Assembly (NCBI GenBank): GCA_032718475.1
Contig: JAUCBJ010004054.1
Span: 1-64,000, forward strand
DNA from: Nemertoderma westbladi
Taxonomy: Eukaryota; Animalia; Xenacoelomorpha
Direction: 5' to 3'
Length of the DNA stretch: 64,000 nucleotides
Shown: piece after piece, positions 60,901-64,000 of the stretch
How the letters are laid out: each line of letters starts with the position of its first letter
Numbering within the stretch: position 1 is the stretch's first letter
Made by a program: the position numbers and the translations under genes
The notes under the pieces: generated by a model
Database searches by the model: none
Seen by the model: the letters and a program-made list of their open reading frames with translations, nothing else
What the model was told of the DNA's origin: nothing

Positions 60901-63900
60901 TATATTATAGACTCAGTACCAACATACAACTGGTACCGTTACTGTACCCACGTCCTTTATATTATAGACTCAGTACCAACATACAACTGGTACCGTTACT
61001 GTACCCACGTCCTTTATATATAGACTCAGTACCAACATACAACTGGTACCGTTACTGTACCCACGTCCTTTTATAGACTCAGTACCAACATACAACTGGT
61101 ACCGTTACTGTACCCACGTCCTTTATAGACTCAGTACCAACATACAACTGGTACCGTTACTGTACCCACGTCCTTTATAGACTCAGTACCAACATACAAC
61201 TGGTACCGTTACTGTACCCACGTCCTTTATAGACTCAGTACCAACATACAACTGGTACCGTTACTGTACCCACGTCCTTTATAGACTCAGTACCAACATA
61301 CAACTGGTACCGTTACTGTACCCACGTCCTTTATATTATAGACTCAGTACCAACATACAACTGGTACCGTTACTGTACCCACGTCCTTTATATTATAGAC
61401 TCAGTACCAACATACAACTGGTACCGTTACTGTACCCACGTCCTTTATATTATAGACTCAGTACCAACATACAACTGGTACCGTTACTGTACCCACGTCC
61501 TTTATATTATAGACTCAGTACCAACATACAACTGGTACCGTTACTGTACCCACGTCCTTTATAGACTCAGTACCAACATACAACTGGTACCGTTACTGTA
61601 CCCACGTCCTTTATATTATAGACTCAGTACCAACATACAACTGGTACCGTTACTGTACCCACGTCCTTTATAGACTCAGTACCAACATACAACTGGTACC
61701 GTTACTGTACCCACGTCCTTTATATTATAGACTCAGTACCAACATACAACTGGTACCGTTACTGTACCCACGTCCTTTATATTATAGACTCAGTACCAAC
61801 ATACAACTGGTACCGTTACTGTACCCACGTCCTTTATAGACTCAGTACCAACATACAACTGGTACCGTTACTGTACCCACGTCCTTTATAGACTCAGTAC
61901 CAACATACAACTGGTACCGTTACTGTACCCACGTCCTTTATATTATAGACTCAGTACCAACATACAACTGGTACCGTTACTGTACCCACGTCCTTTATAG
62001 ACTCAGTACCAACATACAACTGGTACCGTTACTGTACCCACGTCCTTTATATTATAGACTCAGTACCAACATACAACTGGTACCGTTACTGTACCCACGT
62101 CCTTTATAGACTCAGTACCAACATACAACTGGTACCGTTACTGTACCCACGTCCTTTATAGACTCAGTACCAACATACAACTGGTACCGTTACTGTACCC
62201 ACGTCCTTTATAGACTCAGTACCAACATACAACTGGTACCGTTACTGTACCCACGTCCTTTATATTATAGACTCAGTACCAACATACAACTGGTACCGTT
62301 ACTGTACCCACGTCCTTTATAGACTCAGTACCAACATACAACTGGTACCGTTACTGTACCCACGTCCTTTATATTATAGACTCAGTACCAACATACAACT
62401 GGTACCGTTACTGTACCCACGTCCTTTATAGACTCAGTACCAACATACAACTGGTACCGTTACTGTACCCACGTCCTTTATAGACTCAGTACCAACATAC
62501 AACTGGTACCGTTACTGTACCCACGTCCTTTATATTATAGACTCAGTACCAACATACAACTGGTACCGTTACTGTACCCACGTCCTTTATATTATAGACT
62601 CAGTACCAACATACAACTGGTACCGTTACTGTACCCACGTCCTTTATAGACTCAGTACCAACATACAACTGGTACCGTTACTGTACCCACGTCCTTTATA
62701 TTATAGACTCAGTACCAACATACAACTGGTACCGTTACTGTACCCACGTCCTTTATATTATAGACTCAGTACCAACATACAACTGGTACCGTTACTGTAC
62801 CCACGTCCTTTATATTATAGACTCAGTACCAACATACAACTGGTACCGTTACTGTACCCACGTCCTTTTATAGACTCAGTACCAACATACAACTGGTACC
62901 GTTACTGTACCCACGTCCTTATATTATAGACTCAGTACCAACATACAACTGGTACCGTTACTGTACCCACGTCCTTTATAGACTCAGTACCAACATACAA
63001 CTGGTGCCGTTACTGTACCCACGTCCTTTATATTATAGACTCAGTACCAACATACAACTGGTACCGTTACTGTACCCACGTCCTTTATAGACTCAGTACC
63101 AACATACAACTGGTGCTGTTACTGTACCCACGTCCTTTATATTATAGACTCAGTACCAACATACAACTGGTACCGTTACTGTACCCACGTCCTTTATAGA
63201 CTCAGTACCAACATACAACTGGTACCGTTACTGTACCCACGTCCTTTATAGACTCAGTACCAACATACAACTGGTACCGTTACTGTACCCACGTCCTTTA
63301 TAGACTCAGTACCAACATACAACTGGTACCGTTACTGTACCCACGTCCTTTATATTATAGACTCAGTACCAACATACAACTGGTGCCGTTACTGTACCCA
63401 CGTCCTTTATATTATAGACTCAGTACCAACATACAACTGGTACCGTTACTGTACCCACGTCCTTTATAGACTCAGTACCAACATACAACTGGTACCGTTA
63501 CTGTACCCACGTCCTTTATATTATAGACTCAGTACCAACATACAACTGGTACCGTTACTGTACCCACGTCCTTTATAGACTCAGTACCAACATACAACTG
63601 GTGCTGTTACTGTACCCACGTCCTTTATATTATAGACTCAGTACCAACATACAACTGGTACCGTTACTGTACCCACGTCCTTTATAGACTCAGTACCAAC
63701 ATACAACTGGTACCGTTACTGTACCCACGTCCTTTATATTATAGACTCAGTACCAACATACAACTGGTGCTGTTACTGTACCCACGTCCTTTATATTATA
63801 GACTCAGTACCAACATACAACTGGTACCGTTACTGTACCCACGTCCTTTATAGACTCAGTACCAACATACAACTGGTACCGTTACTGTACCCACGTCCTT

Positions 63901-64000
63901 TATATTATAGACTCAGTACCAACATACAACTGGTACCGTTACTGTACCCACGTCCTTTATAGACTCAGTACCAACATACAACTGGTGCTGTTACTGTACC
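54901..64000 (+). repeat. 52/57-bp minisatellite in malectin intron 2, over 9 kb and running off the window
   Basis: GTTACTGTACCCACGTCCTTTA(TATTA)TAGACTCAGTACCAACATACAACTGGTACC units, nearly identical. Confidence 0.98.

Overview
AT-rich animal (probably invertebrate) nuclear DNA dominated by transposon relics and minisatellites. Recognisable host genes: the first coding exon of an arylsulfatase B/J/I-type sulfatase (18689-18954, minus), an intronless ribulose-phosphate 3-epimerase (47194-47907) and the first two exons of malectin (53603-53780, 54376-54542). Two intact orphan single-exon ORFs are also present: a Cys-rich, probably GPI-anchored protein (4761-5495) and a 377-aa unknown (43586-44719). 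Mobile DNA includes two RTE LINE relics, a truncated Bel/Pao LTR element, a maT-like Tc1/mariner with long TIRs, a foldback element with an 8-bp TSD, a reverse-strand LINE RT fragment, and a ~8.5-kb LINE. The most notable signal is that LINE's very long ORF1 region, which carries a mucin-like repeat and a degenerate Ulp1/SENP (peptidase C48)-like protease domain. A second recurring pattern is that minisatellite arrays join directly, through short microhomologies, to truncated retroelements and to the RPE stop codon. All calls are by eye, without database searches; many repeat and element boundaries are approximate.
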